From assembly GCA_963836665.1 (NCBI GenBank), contig CAWIKL010000004.1, positions 321,179 to 385,178 of the forward strand: DNA of 64,000 bases, given 5' to 3'. A program made the translations under genes and the position numbers. Below are positions 54,316 to 64,000 of the stretch, piece after piece (position 1 is the first letter of the stretch; each line of letters starts with the position of its first letter). This DNA comes from an uncultured Acidobacteriota bacterium. GTDB taxonomy: Bacteria; Acidobacteriota; Vicinamibacteria; Vicinamibacterales; 2-12-FULL-66-21. The notes under the pieces are model-generated. The model did not search any database and was not told the DNA's origin. It saw only the letters and a list, made by a program, of their open reading frames with translations.

Positions 54316-55551
54316 ATGCCGAATTTCTCGATTCTCAAAACGCCGACGACCGGGACCGCCATTACCCGGAAGAACGGACGCCTTGTCGTACCCGACGATC
54401 CGATCATTCCCTACATCGAAGGTGATGGCACCGGACCCGATATCTGGCGCGCCAGCGTGCGCATCTTCGACGCCGCTGTGGACAAGACCTTCGCCGGCAA
54501 GAAAAAGATTGCCTGGTTCGAGGTGCCCGCCGGAGAGAAAGCCAAGGAGCAGCACGGCGAGTGGCTGCCCAACGACACGCTCGAAGCCGTCCGCGCCTAC
54601 AAGGTCGCGATCAAAGGTCCGTTGACGACGCCGGTCGGTGGCGGCATCCGCAGCCTGAACGTCACACTGCGGCAGGTGCTCGATCTCTATGCCTGCGTGC
54701 GGCCGGTCCGGTATTTCTGGGGCACCCCGTCCCCGGTCAAGCACCCCGAGCTGATGAACGTGGTCATCTTCCGCGAGAACACGGAAGACGTCTACGCCGG
54801 CATCGAGTGGGCGAAGGGGACCCCGCAGGCCGAGCGGATCATCGAGTTCCTGTCCACGGAAATGGGCAAGCGGATCCGGCCCGACTCGGGCATCGGGATC
54901 AAGCCGATTTCGGAATTCGGCACCAAACGGCTCGTCCGGATGGCGATCCAGTACGCGGTGGACAACAAGCGCAAGACCGTCACCATCGTGCACAAGGGCA
55001 ACATCATGAAGTTCACGGAAGGCGCGTTTCGTGACTGGGGCTACGAGGTCGCCAAGGCGGAGTTCCGCGACAAGATCGTCACCGAGGACGAAGTGACCGC
55101 CGGCGCGTCGCGCGAGGGCAAGATCCTCATCAACGACCGGATCGCCGACAGCGTGTTCCAGCAGATCCTGACCCGCACCGCCGACTACGACGTCTTCGCC
55201 ACGCCGAACTTGAACGGCGACTACCTATCCGACGCCGCGGCCGCGCAGGTCGGGGGCCTCGGCATGGCGCCGGGCGCCAATATCGGCGACGAGATCGGCT
55301 TTTTCGAGGCCACGCATGGGACCGCGCCGAAGTACGCCGGTAAGGACGTCATCAATCCGGCGTCGGTGGTGCTCTCGGGTGTCATGATGTTCCGCTGGCT
55401 CGGCTGGACCGAGGTGGCCGACCGCATCGAGAAAGCGATCGAGAAGACCATCAAAGAGAAGAAGGTGACCTACGATCTCGCGCGCCAGATGGAAGGCGCG
55501 ACCGAGTTGAAGACCTCACAGTTCGCGGACGCTATCATTTCGAATCTCTAG
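54316..55551 (+). CDS. icd: NADP-dependent isocitrate dehydrogenase (homodimeric type)
   Basis: [60 protein letters not shown] and [13 protein letters not shown] match Icd. Confidence 0.95.
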   Translation: MPNFSILKTPTTGTAITRKNGRLVVPDDPIIPYIEGDGTGPDIWRASVRIFDAAVDKTFAGKKKIAWFEVPAGEKAKEQHGEWLPNDTLEAVRAYKVAIKGPLTTPVGGGIRSLNVTLRQVLDLYACVRPVRYFWGTPSPVKHPELMNVVIFRENTEDVYAGIEWAKGTPQAERIIEFLSTEMGKRIRPDSGIGIKPISEFGTKRLVRMAIQYAVDNKRKTVTIVHKGNIMKFTEGAFRDWGYEVAKAEFRDKIVTEDEVTAGASREGKILINDRIADSVFQQILTRTADYDVFATPNLNGDYLSDAAAAQVGGLGMAPGANIGDEIGFFEATHGTAPKYAGKDVINPASVVLSGVMMFRWLGWTEVADRIEKAIEKTIKEKKVTYDLARQMEGATELKTSQFADAIISNL

Positions 55552-55558
55552 AGGAACC

Positions 55559-56503
55559 ATGAATCGCAAAGTCACCGTCGTAGGCGGCGCCGGCAATGTC
55601 GGTGCCACCGTCGCGCGCGCCATTGCCGACAAGGAGCTCGCCGACGTCGTCATCATCGATATCGCCGATTCGAAGGCGAAGGGCATCGCGCTCGACATCT
55701 ACGAGGCGTGCCCGATTGAAGGGTCCGACTCCCGCATCATCGGTGCCGGTGCCGACGAGGCGGGCTGGAAGGAAACCGCCAATTCCGACGTCGTCGTCAT
55801 CACATCCGGCGTGCCGCGCAAGCCGGGCATGAGCCGGGACGATCTGCTGAACGTGAACTTCAAGATCATGCAGTCGGTCACCGAGCAGGTCGTCAAGTAC
55901 TCGCCCAACACGATCATCGTACCCGTGGCCAATCCGCTCGACGCGATGTGCCAGGCGGTCTACCGGCTGAGCAAGTTCCCCCGTGAACGCGTCATCGGCA
56001 TGGCCGGCGTGCTCGACTCGGCCCGCATGCGCACGTTCATCGCGATGGAGACCGGCGTGTCGGTCGAGAACATCCATGCCTTCGTGCTCGGCGGCCACGG
56101 TGACACGATGGTGCCGCTGCCGCGCTATTCGACGATCGCAGGCATCCCACTGCCGGACTATCCGGGGCTGACCAAGGAAATCATCGACGCGATCTGCGTG
56201 CGGACCGCCAACGGCGGCGCCGAGATCACCAAACTGGTCGGCACGAGTGCGTGGTACGCGCCGGGCTCGGCCGCCGCGGAGATGGTCGAGATCATTCTCA
56301 AGGACAAGAAGAAGATCGTGCCGTGCTCGGTCTACCTGCAGGGTGAATACGGTGTCCACGATCTGTTCGTCGGCGTGCCGGTCAAGTTGGGCGCACGCGG
56401 CGTCGAGCAGATCATCGAGATCAAGCTGACCCCTGAGGAAGACGCAGCGCTGAAGAAGTCGGCAGCGGCGGTGAAAGAGCTGACCGACGTGATTAAAGTG
56501 TGA
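55559..56503 (+). CDS. mdh: Malate dehydrogenase (LDH-like type)
   Basis: [31 protein letters not shown] and [10 protein letters not shown] match Mdh. Confidence 0.95.
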   Translation: MNRKVTVVGGAGNVGATVARAIADKELADVVIIDIADSKAKGIALDIYEACPIEGSDSRIIGAGADEAGWKETANSDVVVITSGVPRKPGMSRDDLLNVNFKIMQSVTEQVVKYSPNTIIVPVANPLDAMCQAVYRLSKFPRERVIGMAGVLDSARMRTFIAMETGVSVENIHAFVLGGHGDTMVPLPRYSTIAGIPLPDYPGLTKEIIDAICVRTANGGAEITKLVGTSAWYAPGSAAAEMVEIILKDKKKIVPCSVYLQGEYGVHDLFVGVPVKLGARGVEQIIEIKLTPEEDAALKKSAAAVKELTDVIKV

Positions 56504-56509
56504 ATTTTT

Positions 56510-56530
56510 CCGAGGGGCCTCGCCCCTCGG
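56510..56530 (+). terminator. Hairpin 7 nt after the mdh stop
   Basis: CCGAGGGGC-CTC-GCCCCTCGG is a perfect 9-bp GC-rich stem. The T-run (AATTTTT) precedes rather than follows it, so it is atypical for an intrinsic terminator. Confidence 0.35.
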
Positions 56531-56838
56531 ACTCCTCCTCCGCCACTCGCTCGCCGCGGTGCCGCTCTGATGTTCGACGAGCGTGCTGTCAGGATTGCCA
56601 GTGTGAGCGCCGCGTCGTCCTGAACGATCGGCGTCTCATTCTGCTGTTCAATTCGATCGCTCCGATGCGTATGCAAGCCCTACAGCTCGACCCAACCTTA
56701 CATTGATATCGCTTCGTCATCGAGAATCGCAGAGCCGATTAGGCACATTCCCTTCGAGGTCGCGATCCGCTCGTCGGCGACGTTCTTGCGTGCGCCGGCC
56801 CACCGTCGCGTTGTCCGGTCGATGGTAAGGGTGGGGGA

Positions 56839-58635
56839 ATGGGTGTTGTGTGTGAAGTGCGTCGCAGGTTGTTGTACGTGGCGGTGTTGGTGTGCTCGTT
56901 GTTCACTTCGGGGATTATCGGCCAGACCAGTTGGACTGGTCTCGACATCGGAAATCCGGCGATCGCAGGGAACTCGTCCGGCACTGCGTCGGAACTCAGC
57001 ATCACCGCCGCCGGTAGCGATATCGGCGGCACGTCGGATCAGTTCTACTTCGTCTATCAGCAGATCGTCGGCGACGTGGATGTGCGCGCGCGCGTCGACG
57101 GCATCACCTACGGGTCCTGGCTGGCGGTAGCGGGCGTGATGATTCGCGGCTCGCTCGCGGCCGATGCCGCGCACGGCTTCGCGCTCGTTTCGGCGTCGTA
57201 CGGAACCGAGTTCCGGCGCCGCACGACGGCGAGTGGCTGGAGCGCCAGCACCGCCGGGATGTCCGCCGCGACTCCTGAGTGGGTGCGGCTGGTGCGAAAG
57301 GGCAGCAGTGTGTCGGCGTACTCGTCTCCGGACGGGACGACGTGGACGCTGATTGGCAGCGACACGATTCAACTCGGGTGGGCCGCCTACGTCGGCCTGG
57401 CCGTGACCGGTCATGATCCCTCCGCCGCCACGACCGCGTCGCTGTCACAGATCAGCGTGACCCCTCTCGGGCTGCCGCCGGGACAGCAGGATGCGGATAT
57501 CGGCTCACCGGCCCTGGCGGGATCGGCCAGCTACGCCGACGGGACGTATCAGATTCACGCCGGCGGCGCGGACATCTGGGGCGGCTCCGACCAGTTCCAC
57601 TACGTATACCAGCCGCTCAGTGGAGACGCCGACGTGTCGGTGCGCGTTGCGTCGCTGTCGTACTCTGACGCCTGGGCGAAGGGGGGCGTCATGATCCGCG
57701 AGACCCTGAGTGAGGACTCGACCTACGCCGCCGCGTTCCTCACCCCTGGGCAGGGATATGCGTTCCAGCGCCGGCCGATCGCCGGAGGCACGAGCCTGTA
57801 TACATCGGGGGGGGCCGGCGCGGCGCCGGGATGGCTGCGGGTCGTGCGTGCCGGGCCGCTCTTCACCGCCTACCGCTCGGACGACGGCAGGAACTGGACG
57901 GTGATCGGCTCTGACAGCATCCCCATGGCGGACACGTTCTACGTCGGTATCGCCGTCACGAGCCACAGCGAGACGACAGCGACCGACGCGGTCGTCGACG
58001 GGCTGAGTGTGACGCAGACCACCCCGGTCGAGCAGCCGCCCACGGTGTCGTTGACGTCGCCGGCAGACGGGGCAATTTACACGGCGCCGGCGTCGATCGC
58101 CATCACGGCGAACGCAGCGGATCCCGCCAATCATCTGACGAAGGTGGAGTTCTACGACGGCGCGACGCTGCTCGGCACAGCCACGGCCGCGCCCTACACG
58201 TTCACCTGGGCTTCAGTGCCCGCCGGGACGTACTCGCTGACCGCCATGGCGTATAACGCGGCAGGGCTGCAGACGACGTCCTCGACAGTCAGCGTGACGG
58301 TGACCGCCATTGCCACGCCGCCGACCGACATCGTGACGCCGCCGACCGACATCGTGACGCCGCCGCCGACCGGGGTCATGTTCAGCCCTTCGGCTGACGA
58401 TGCGACGGTGACCAGCTACCGCGTGGACGTCTTCGCCGTTGGCGCCGATCCGAACACGGCGATTCCGGTATCGAGCTTCGATGCGGGGAAGCCGCCGCCC
58501 GACGCCAACAACGACATCACCGTGTCGGCCCCGTCGTTCTTTAGTGATCTGTCGCCAGGCACTTATCAGCTGACAGTGTCGGCGATCAATGCAACAGGAA
58601 TAGGACGCTCGTCGCCGCTCTCATTTACGAGGTAA
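56839..58635 (+). CDS. Secreted multidomain protein: two concanavalin-like (DUF1349/LamG-type) modules, an Ig-like domain, a short TPPTDIV repeat and an FN3-like C-terminus
   Basis: Signal peptide [21 protein letters not shown]. Duplicated module ([23 protein letters not shown]...AGVMIRGSL...GTTWTLIGS and [23 protein letters not shown]...GGVMIRETL...GRNWTVIGS). Ig-like [27 protein letters not shown]...[12 protein letters not shown]. Confidence 0.7.
   Translation: MGVVCEVRRRLLYVAVLVCSLFTSGIIGQTSWTGLDIGNPAIAGNSSGTASELSITAAGSDIGGTSDQFYFVYQQIVGDVDVRARVDGITYGSWLAVAGVMIRGSLAADAAHGFALVSASYGTEFRRRTTASGWSASTAGMSAATPEWVRLVRKGSSVSAYSSPDGTTWTLIGSDTIQLGWAAYVGLAVTGHDPSAATTASLSQISVTPLGLPPGQQDADIGSPALAGSASYADGTYQIHAGGADIWGGSDQFHYVYQPLSGDADVSVRVASLSYSDAWAKGGVMIRETLSEDSTYAAAFLTPGQGYAFQRRPIAGGTSLYTSGGAGAAPGWLRVVRAGPLFTAYRSDDGRNWTVIGSDSIPMADTFYVGIAVTSHSETTATDAVVDGLSVTQTTPVEQPPTVSLTSPADGAIYTAPASIAITANAADPANHLTKVEFYDGATLLGTATAAPYTFTWASVPAGTYSLTAMAYNAAGLQTTSSTVSVTVTAIATPPTDIVTPPTDIVTPPPTGVMFSPSADDATVTSYRVDVFAVGADPNTAIPVSSFDAGKPPPDANNDITVSAPSFFSDLSPGTYQLTVSAINATGIGRSSPLSFTR
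58315..58356 (+). repeat. Perfect 21-bp tandem duplication inside the CDS (TPPTDIV x2, partial third copy)
   Basis: ACGCCGCCGACCGACATCGTG occurs at 58315-58335 and again at 58336-58356, followed by ACGCCGCCGCCGACCGG. Confidence 0.95.
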
Positions 58636-59374
58636 CGAGCAGTGTCGCCTTCAGGTAGTCTCGGTGCATCCGCGCGATGTTGGTGATCGAGATTTCCTTC
58701 GGGCACACGGCCTCGCACTCCCCCTCGTTGGAGCAGCTGCCAAAGCCTTCACCGTCGTGCCGATCGACCATCGCGACGACGCGCGAATAGCGTTCCGGCT
58801 GCCCCTGCGGCAGCAGACCCAGGTGCGAGATCTTGGCGGCGGTGAAGAGCGCGGCCGACGCGTTCTTGCACGCCGCGGCGCAGGCGCCGCAGCCGATGCA
58901 CTGCGCCGAGTCCATCGCCAGGTCGGAGACCGGCTTGGCCACCAGGATCGCATTGCCATCCTGCGGGCCGCCGACGTTGACCGACGTGTAACCGCCCGCC
59001 TGGATGATGCGGTCGAACGCTGAGCGGTCGACCACGAGATCCTTGACCAGGGGGAAGGCGCGCGCCCGCCAGGGTTCGAGCGTCAGCGTGTCGCCGTCCT
59101 TGAACGAGCGCATGTGCAACTGGCAGACCGTCGTGCCGCGCATCGGGCCGTGCGCGAGGCCGTCGATGAGGAAGCCGCAGGTCCCGCAAATCCCCTCGCG
59201 GCAGTCGGAGTCGAACGCGATCGGATCCTGTCCTTTCGCGATCAGCCCCTCGTTGACGACGTCGAGCATCTCGAGGAACGACATGTCGGGGGACACGCTC
59301 TCGGCCACATAGGTGACAAGCGCGCCCTTCTCGTTGGGTCCTGGCTGGCGCCACACTCTTAACGTAATTCGCAT
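58625..59374 (-). CDS. sdhB: Succinate dehydrogenase/fumarate reductase iron-sulfur subunit
   Basis: Cys clusters [21 protein letters not shown] and [12 protein letters not shown]. The 3' end overlaps the convergent upstream gene by 11 nt (58625-58635). Confidence 0.9.
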   Translation of the reverse strand: MRITLRVWRQPGPNEKGALVTYVAESVSPDMSFLEMLDVVNEGLIAKGQDPIAFDSDCREGICGTCGFLIDGLAHGPMRGTTVCQLHMRSFKDGDTLTLEPWRARAFPLVKDLVVDRSAFDRIIQAGGYTSVNVGGPQDGNAILVAKPVSDLAMDSAQCIGCGACAAACKNASAALFTAAKISHLGLLPQGQPERYSRVVAMVDRHDGEGFGSCSNEGECEAVCPKEISITNIARMHRDYLKATLLVTS

Positions 59375-59421
59375 ATCTTCATCGCGCCGTCATACCGCTG
59401 GCAGCCGGTAGCTGGCAGCCG

Positions 59422-61331
<1,910 letters not shown>

Positions 61332-61335
<4 letters not shown>

Positions 61336-62000
61336 CGCGTCAAGTACACCCAAATTGGGATGATCGCGAAGCCGCCCGCGATCAGAATCGCGATCACCGT
61401 GCCGATCGCCACCAGCCGCTTCGTGTAGACGGGATGGCTGGCGCCGAGCGACTGGAAGGCGCTCGAGATGCCGTGCCTCAGGTGGAAACCAATGAGGATC
61501 ATCGCGACGACATAGACCGCCGCCCACACCGGGTTGGCGAAGACGTCCACCTCGGTGCGATACAGGTCGCGGATCGGCGGTTCGCCGATCTGATGCCACG
61601 CGCCGTACTTGATCTGGGCGACGTGGATCACGACGAACACCAGCGTCGCCAGGCCGGTCCAGATCATGGTCGTCGATCCGAGACTCTTCCGGCTGGTGTA
61701 GCCGGCCCAGCGCTTCGCCTCGTACGGCACCGGCCGCGCCGCCTGGTTCTTCGTCCACATCGTCACCGTCTTGAAGATGTGCACCAGGAAGAGCAGTAGC
61801 AGCGCGACTTCCGCCGGGACGATCAGCGGATTGCTTTCCAGGAAGTGCGCGTAATGATTGAAGGTGTCCTGCCCGGCGAAGACCGCCAGGTTGCCGGCCA
61901 GGTGCAGGATCAGATAGCCGAAGAGGAGAAGACCCGTGACACCGATGAGGAGCTTGGTGCCGACAGAGGAGGAAAAGACCCTGCGAGGCGACATCAACAC
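61332..62000 (-). CDS. sdhC: Succinate dehydrogenase cytochrome b subunit (five-helix b558 type)
   Basis: Five hydrophobic helices with conserved His residues ([34 protein letters not shown]). Start at GTG 62000 or ATG 61994. Confidence 0.85.
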
Positions 62001-62052
62001 CTGATCTTACATCGTCGTCGGATCAACGATATGATTACGAAGATTCACACCC

Positions 62053-63213
62053 ATGAAGATTCACGAATATCAGGCAAAGGCTCTGCTCGCCACGCACGGC
62101 GTACCCGTGCCACAGGGGGAGGTCGTGTTCGACGCGGCCGACGCCGCGGGTGTGGCGACGCGGCTTGGCGGGGGCACGGTCGTCGTCAAGGCGCAGATCC
62201 ACGCCGGCGGCCGCGGCAAGGGCGGCGGTGTCAAGGTGGTGAAGGGGCCCGACGAGGCTCGCGCCGCCGCCGAGAAGATCCTCGGCATGAACCTCGTCAC
62301 CTACCAGACGGGGCCGCACGGGCAGAAGGTGCAGCGCGTCCTCATCGAGCAGGGCGTCAAGATCCAGCGTGAGCTCTACCTCGGCATCGTCCTCGACCGC
62401 TCGACCGAGCGTCTCGTGCTGATGGTGAGCCCGGAAGGCGGCGTCGAGATCGAAAAGGTCGCCGAGGAGGCGCCGGAAAAGATCTTCAAGGCGTTCATCC
62501 ATCCCGGCCTGGGCCTGGCGGCCTACCAGACGCGCCAGCTGGCCTTCGCGCTCGGCCTGCGGGGACCGCAGGTGGCCGCCGCCGGCAAGATGATGACGGC
62601 GCTCTACCACGCGTGCATCGCCTCCGACGCCTCCCTCCTCGAGATCAACCCACTCATCGTCACCGAGGATGGCAGCCTGCTGGCGCTCGACGCCAAGATG
62701 AACTTCGACGACAACGCGCTCTACCGGCACCCGGAGTTCAAGGAGCTGCGCGACACGGCCGAAGAGGATCCGCTCGAGGTCGAGGCATCGAAGTTCAGCC
62801 TGAACTACATCAAGCTCGATGGCACGATCGGCTGCATGGTCAACGGCGCCGGTCTCGCCATGGCGACGATGGACATCATCAAGCTCGCGGGAGGGGAGCC
62901 GGCCAACTTCCTCGACGTCGGCGGCGGCGCCAACGCCGAGCAGATCAAGAACGCCTTCCGCATCCTGATGGCCGACACGTCGGTCAAGGCCGTCTTCATC
63001 AACATCTTCGGCGGCATCCTGCGCTGCGACATCCTCGCCGAGGGAGTCATCGCCGCGGTCAAGGACCTCGGCGTGCCCGTGCCGATCGTCGTCCGCATGG
63101 AAGGCACCAACGTCGATAAGGGCAAGCAGATGCTGAAAGAGAGCGGCCTCAAGTTCACGACGGCCGATACCATGGCGGAAGGGGCCGAGCGCGTCGTGGC
63201 GCTCGCGCGGTAG
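62053..63213 (+). CDS. sucC: Succinyl-CoA ligase (ADP-forming) beta subunit
   Basis: [40 protein letters not shown] and [14 protein letters not shown] match SucC. Confidence 0.95.
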   Translation: MKIHEYQAKALLATHGVPVPQGEVVFDAADAAGVATRLGGGTVVVKAQIHAGGRGKGGGVKVVKGPDEARAAAEKILGMNLVTYQTGPHGQKVQRVLIEQGVKIQRELYLGIVLDRSTERLVLMVSPEGGVEIEKVAEEAPEKIFKAFIHPGLGLAAYQTRQLAFALGLRGPQVAAAGKMMTALYHACIASDASLLEINPLIVTEDGSLLALDAKMNFDDNALYRHPEFKELRDTAEEDPLEVEASKFSLNYIKLDGTIGCMVNGAGLAMATMDIIKLAGGEPANFLDVGGGANAEQIKNAFRILMADTSVKAVFINIFGGILRCDILAEGVIAAVKDLGVPVPIVVRMEGTNVDKGKQMLKESGLKFTTADTMAEGAERVVALAR

Positions 63214-63240
63214 GGCGGTCCTCAGACCCGCCGGAGAGTT

Positions 63241-64000
63241 ATGGCCGTACTCATCGACAAGAAGACTCGCTTACTCGTCCAGGGCATTACCGGCCGGGAG
63301 GGCACGTTTCACGCCAAGGCGGCGCAGGCCTACGGCACCACCGTCGTCGGCGGCGTCACCCCGGGCAAGGGTGGGACGACGCATGAGGGCTGGCCCGTGT
63401 TCAACACCGTCGCCGAATGCGTCGCGGCGACCGGCGCCGACGCGTCGGTGATCTTCGTGCCGCCGCCTGGCGGGGCCGACGCCGTCCTCGAAGCGGCCGA
63501 TGCCGGGCTCGACCTCGCCGTCTGCATCACCGAAGGCATCCCCGTACTCGACATGCTGCGGGTGTTCGGCGCGATTCGCGGCGGCAAGACGCGCGTCATC
63601 GGTCCCAACTGTCCCGGGCTGATTACCGCCGGGCAGGCCAAGGCCGGCATCATTCCCGGGCACATCTGTAAGGAAGGGCGCGTCGGGATCGTCTCCAAGA
63701 GCGGGACGCTGACCTACGAAGCGATCCACCAGCTCACCAACAACGGGCTGGGCCAAACGACCTGCATCGGCATCGGCGGCGACCCGCTGATCGGCACCAA
63801 CTTCATCGACGCGCTCTCGCTGTTTGCCGGCGATCCGCAGACCGAAGCCGTGGTGATGATCGGGGAAATCGGTGGCAACGCCGAGCAGGAAGCCGCGGCG
63901 TGGATCAAGGCCCACTTCCGCAAGCCGGTGGTTGGCTTCATTGCGGGTCAGACGGCGCCGCCGGGACGCCGCATGGGCCACGCCGGGGCGATCATCGCCG
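63241..64000 (+). CDS. sucD: Succinyl-CoA ligase alpha subunit, 3' end outside the window
   Basis: My own translation from ATG 63241 reads [26 protein letters not shown]...[20 protein letters not shown]...[10 protein letters not shown]...GIGGDP...[11 protein letters not shown]. It is open to the window edge and is not in the ORF track because no stop is reached. Confidence 0.95.
   Translation, partial: MAVLIDKKTRLLVQGITGREGTFHAKAAQAYGTTVVGGVTPGKGGTTHEGWPVFNTVAECVAATGADASVIFVPPPGGADAVLEAADAGLDLAVCITEGIPVLDMLRVFGAIRGGKTRVIGPNCPGLITAGQAKAGIIPGHICKEGRVGIVSKSGTLTYEAIHQLTNNGLGQTTCIGIGGDPLIGTNFIDALSLFAGDPQTEAVVMIGEIGGNAEQEAAAWIKAHFRKPVVGFIAGQTAPPGRRMGHAGAIIA

Noticed and set aside
56332-56838. Small ORFs in the low-GC spacer after mdh (56500-56706 plus, 56332-56676 minus)
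   Set aside because: They have no motif support, odd composition and overlap with mdh. The spacer is flagged as a finding, but I cannot support a coding call.

Overview
This 64-kb window is a GC-rich stretch of bacterial chromosome (about two-thirds G+C by eye), densely packed with core genes on both strands. The gene content indicates a diderm, probably Acidobacteriota-like: an ADOP-type duplicated FtsX permease, a PEGA-domain kinase-like protein, pilMNOPQ, lolA, and KDO/lapB LPS genes. That assignment is inference; no search was run.

Gene order, left to right:
- RodZ-like tail and a helical-repeat protein.
- Minus-strand operon of GHMP kinase, truncated PolX and a 65-aa protein.
- nagZ-ldcA-mpl (peptidoglycan recycling), pxpBC, an ADOP permease, murB-murA.
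- Minus-strand operon of pseudokinase/PEGA, PolX-like PHP, lolA and a TPR lipoprotein secretin.
- tRNA-Ala(CGC).
- Tat-signal isomerase, then cytochrome c and a PQQ dehydrogenase.
- thrC-frr-pyrH-tsf-rpsB-rpsI-rplM.
- pilMNOPQ followed by three uncharacterised genes.
- M24 peptidase, accBC, thiE, an APC permease, an RCK K+ channel, folD, coaE.
- KDO cluster: kdsC-lapB facing kdsD-kdsA-pyrG-kdsB.
- serA.
- TCA supercluster icd-mdh / sdhCAB / sucCD, interrupted by a secreted lectin-like protein.

I recognised no rRNA, IS element, prophage, CRISPR array or defence/toxin genes.

Most worth a second look:
1. There are five reading-frame breaks, all needing the same one-base correction. Four of them (pilQ, coaE and two in the PQQ dehydrogenase) sit exactly on a GTAC tetranucleotide.
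2. A family of 7-8 nt tandem arrays fills whole intergenic spacers. One is a roughly 145-bp palindromic array abutting the thrC start codon.
3. A tightly packed operon links a membrane pseudokinase carrying about 27 EEAERKAR repeats to a PolX-like PHP protein, LolA and an orphan TPR lipoprotein secretin.
4. Two PolX paralogs each lack a different half of the polymerase core.

Nothing here can be shown to be a new system from sequence alone. Items 2 and 3 are my best candidates.
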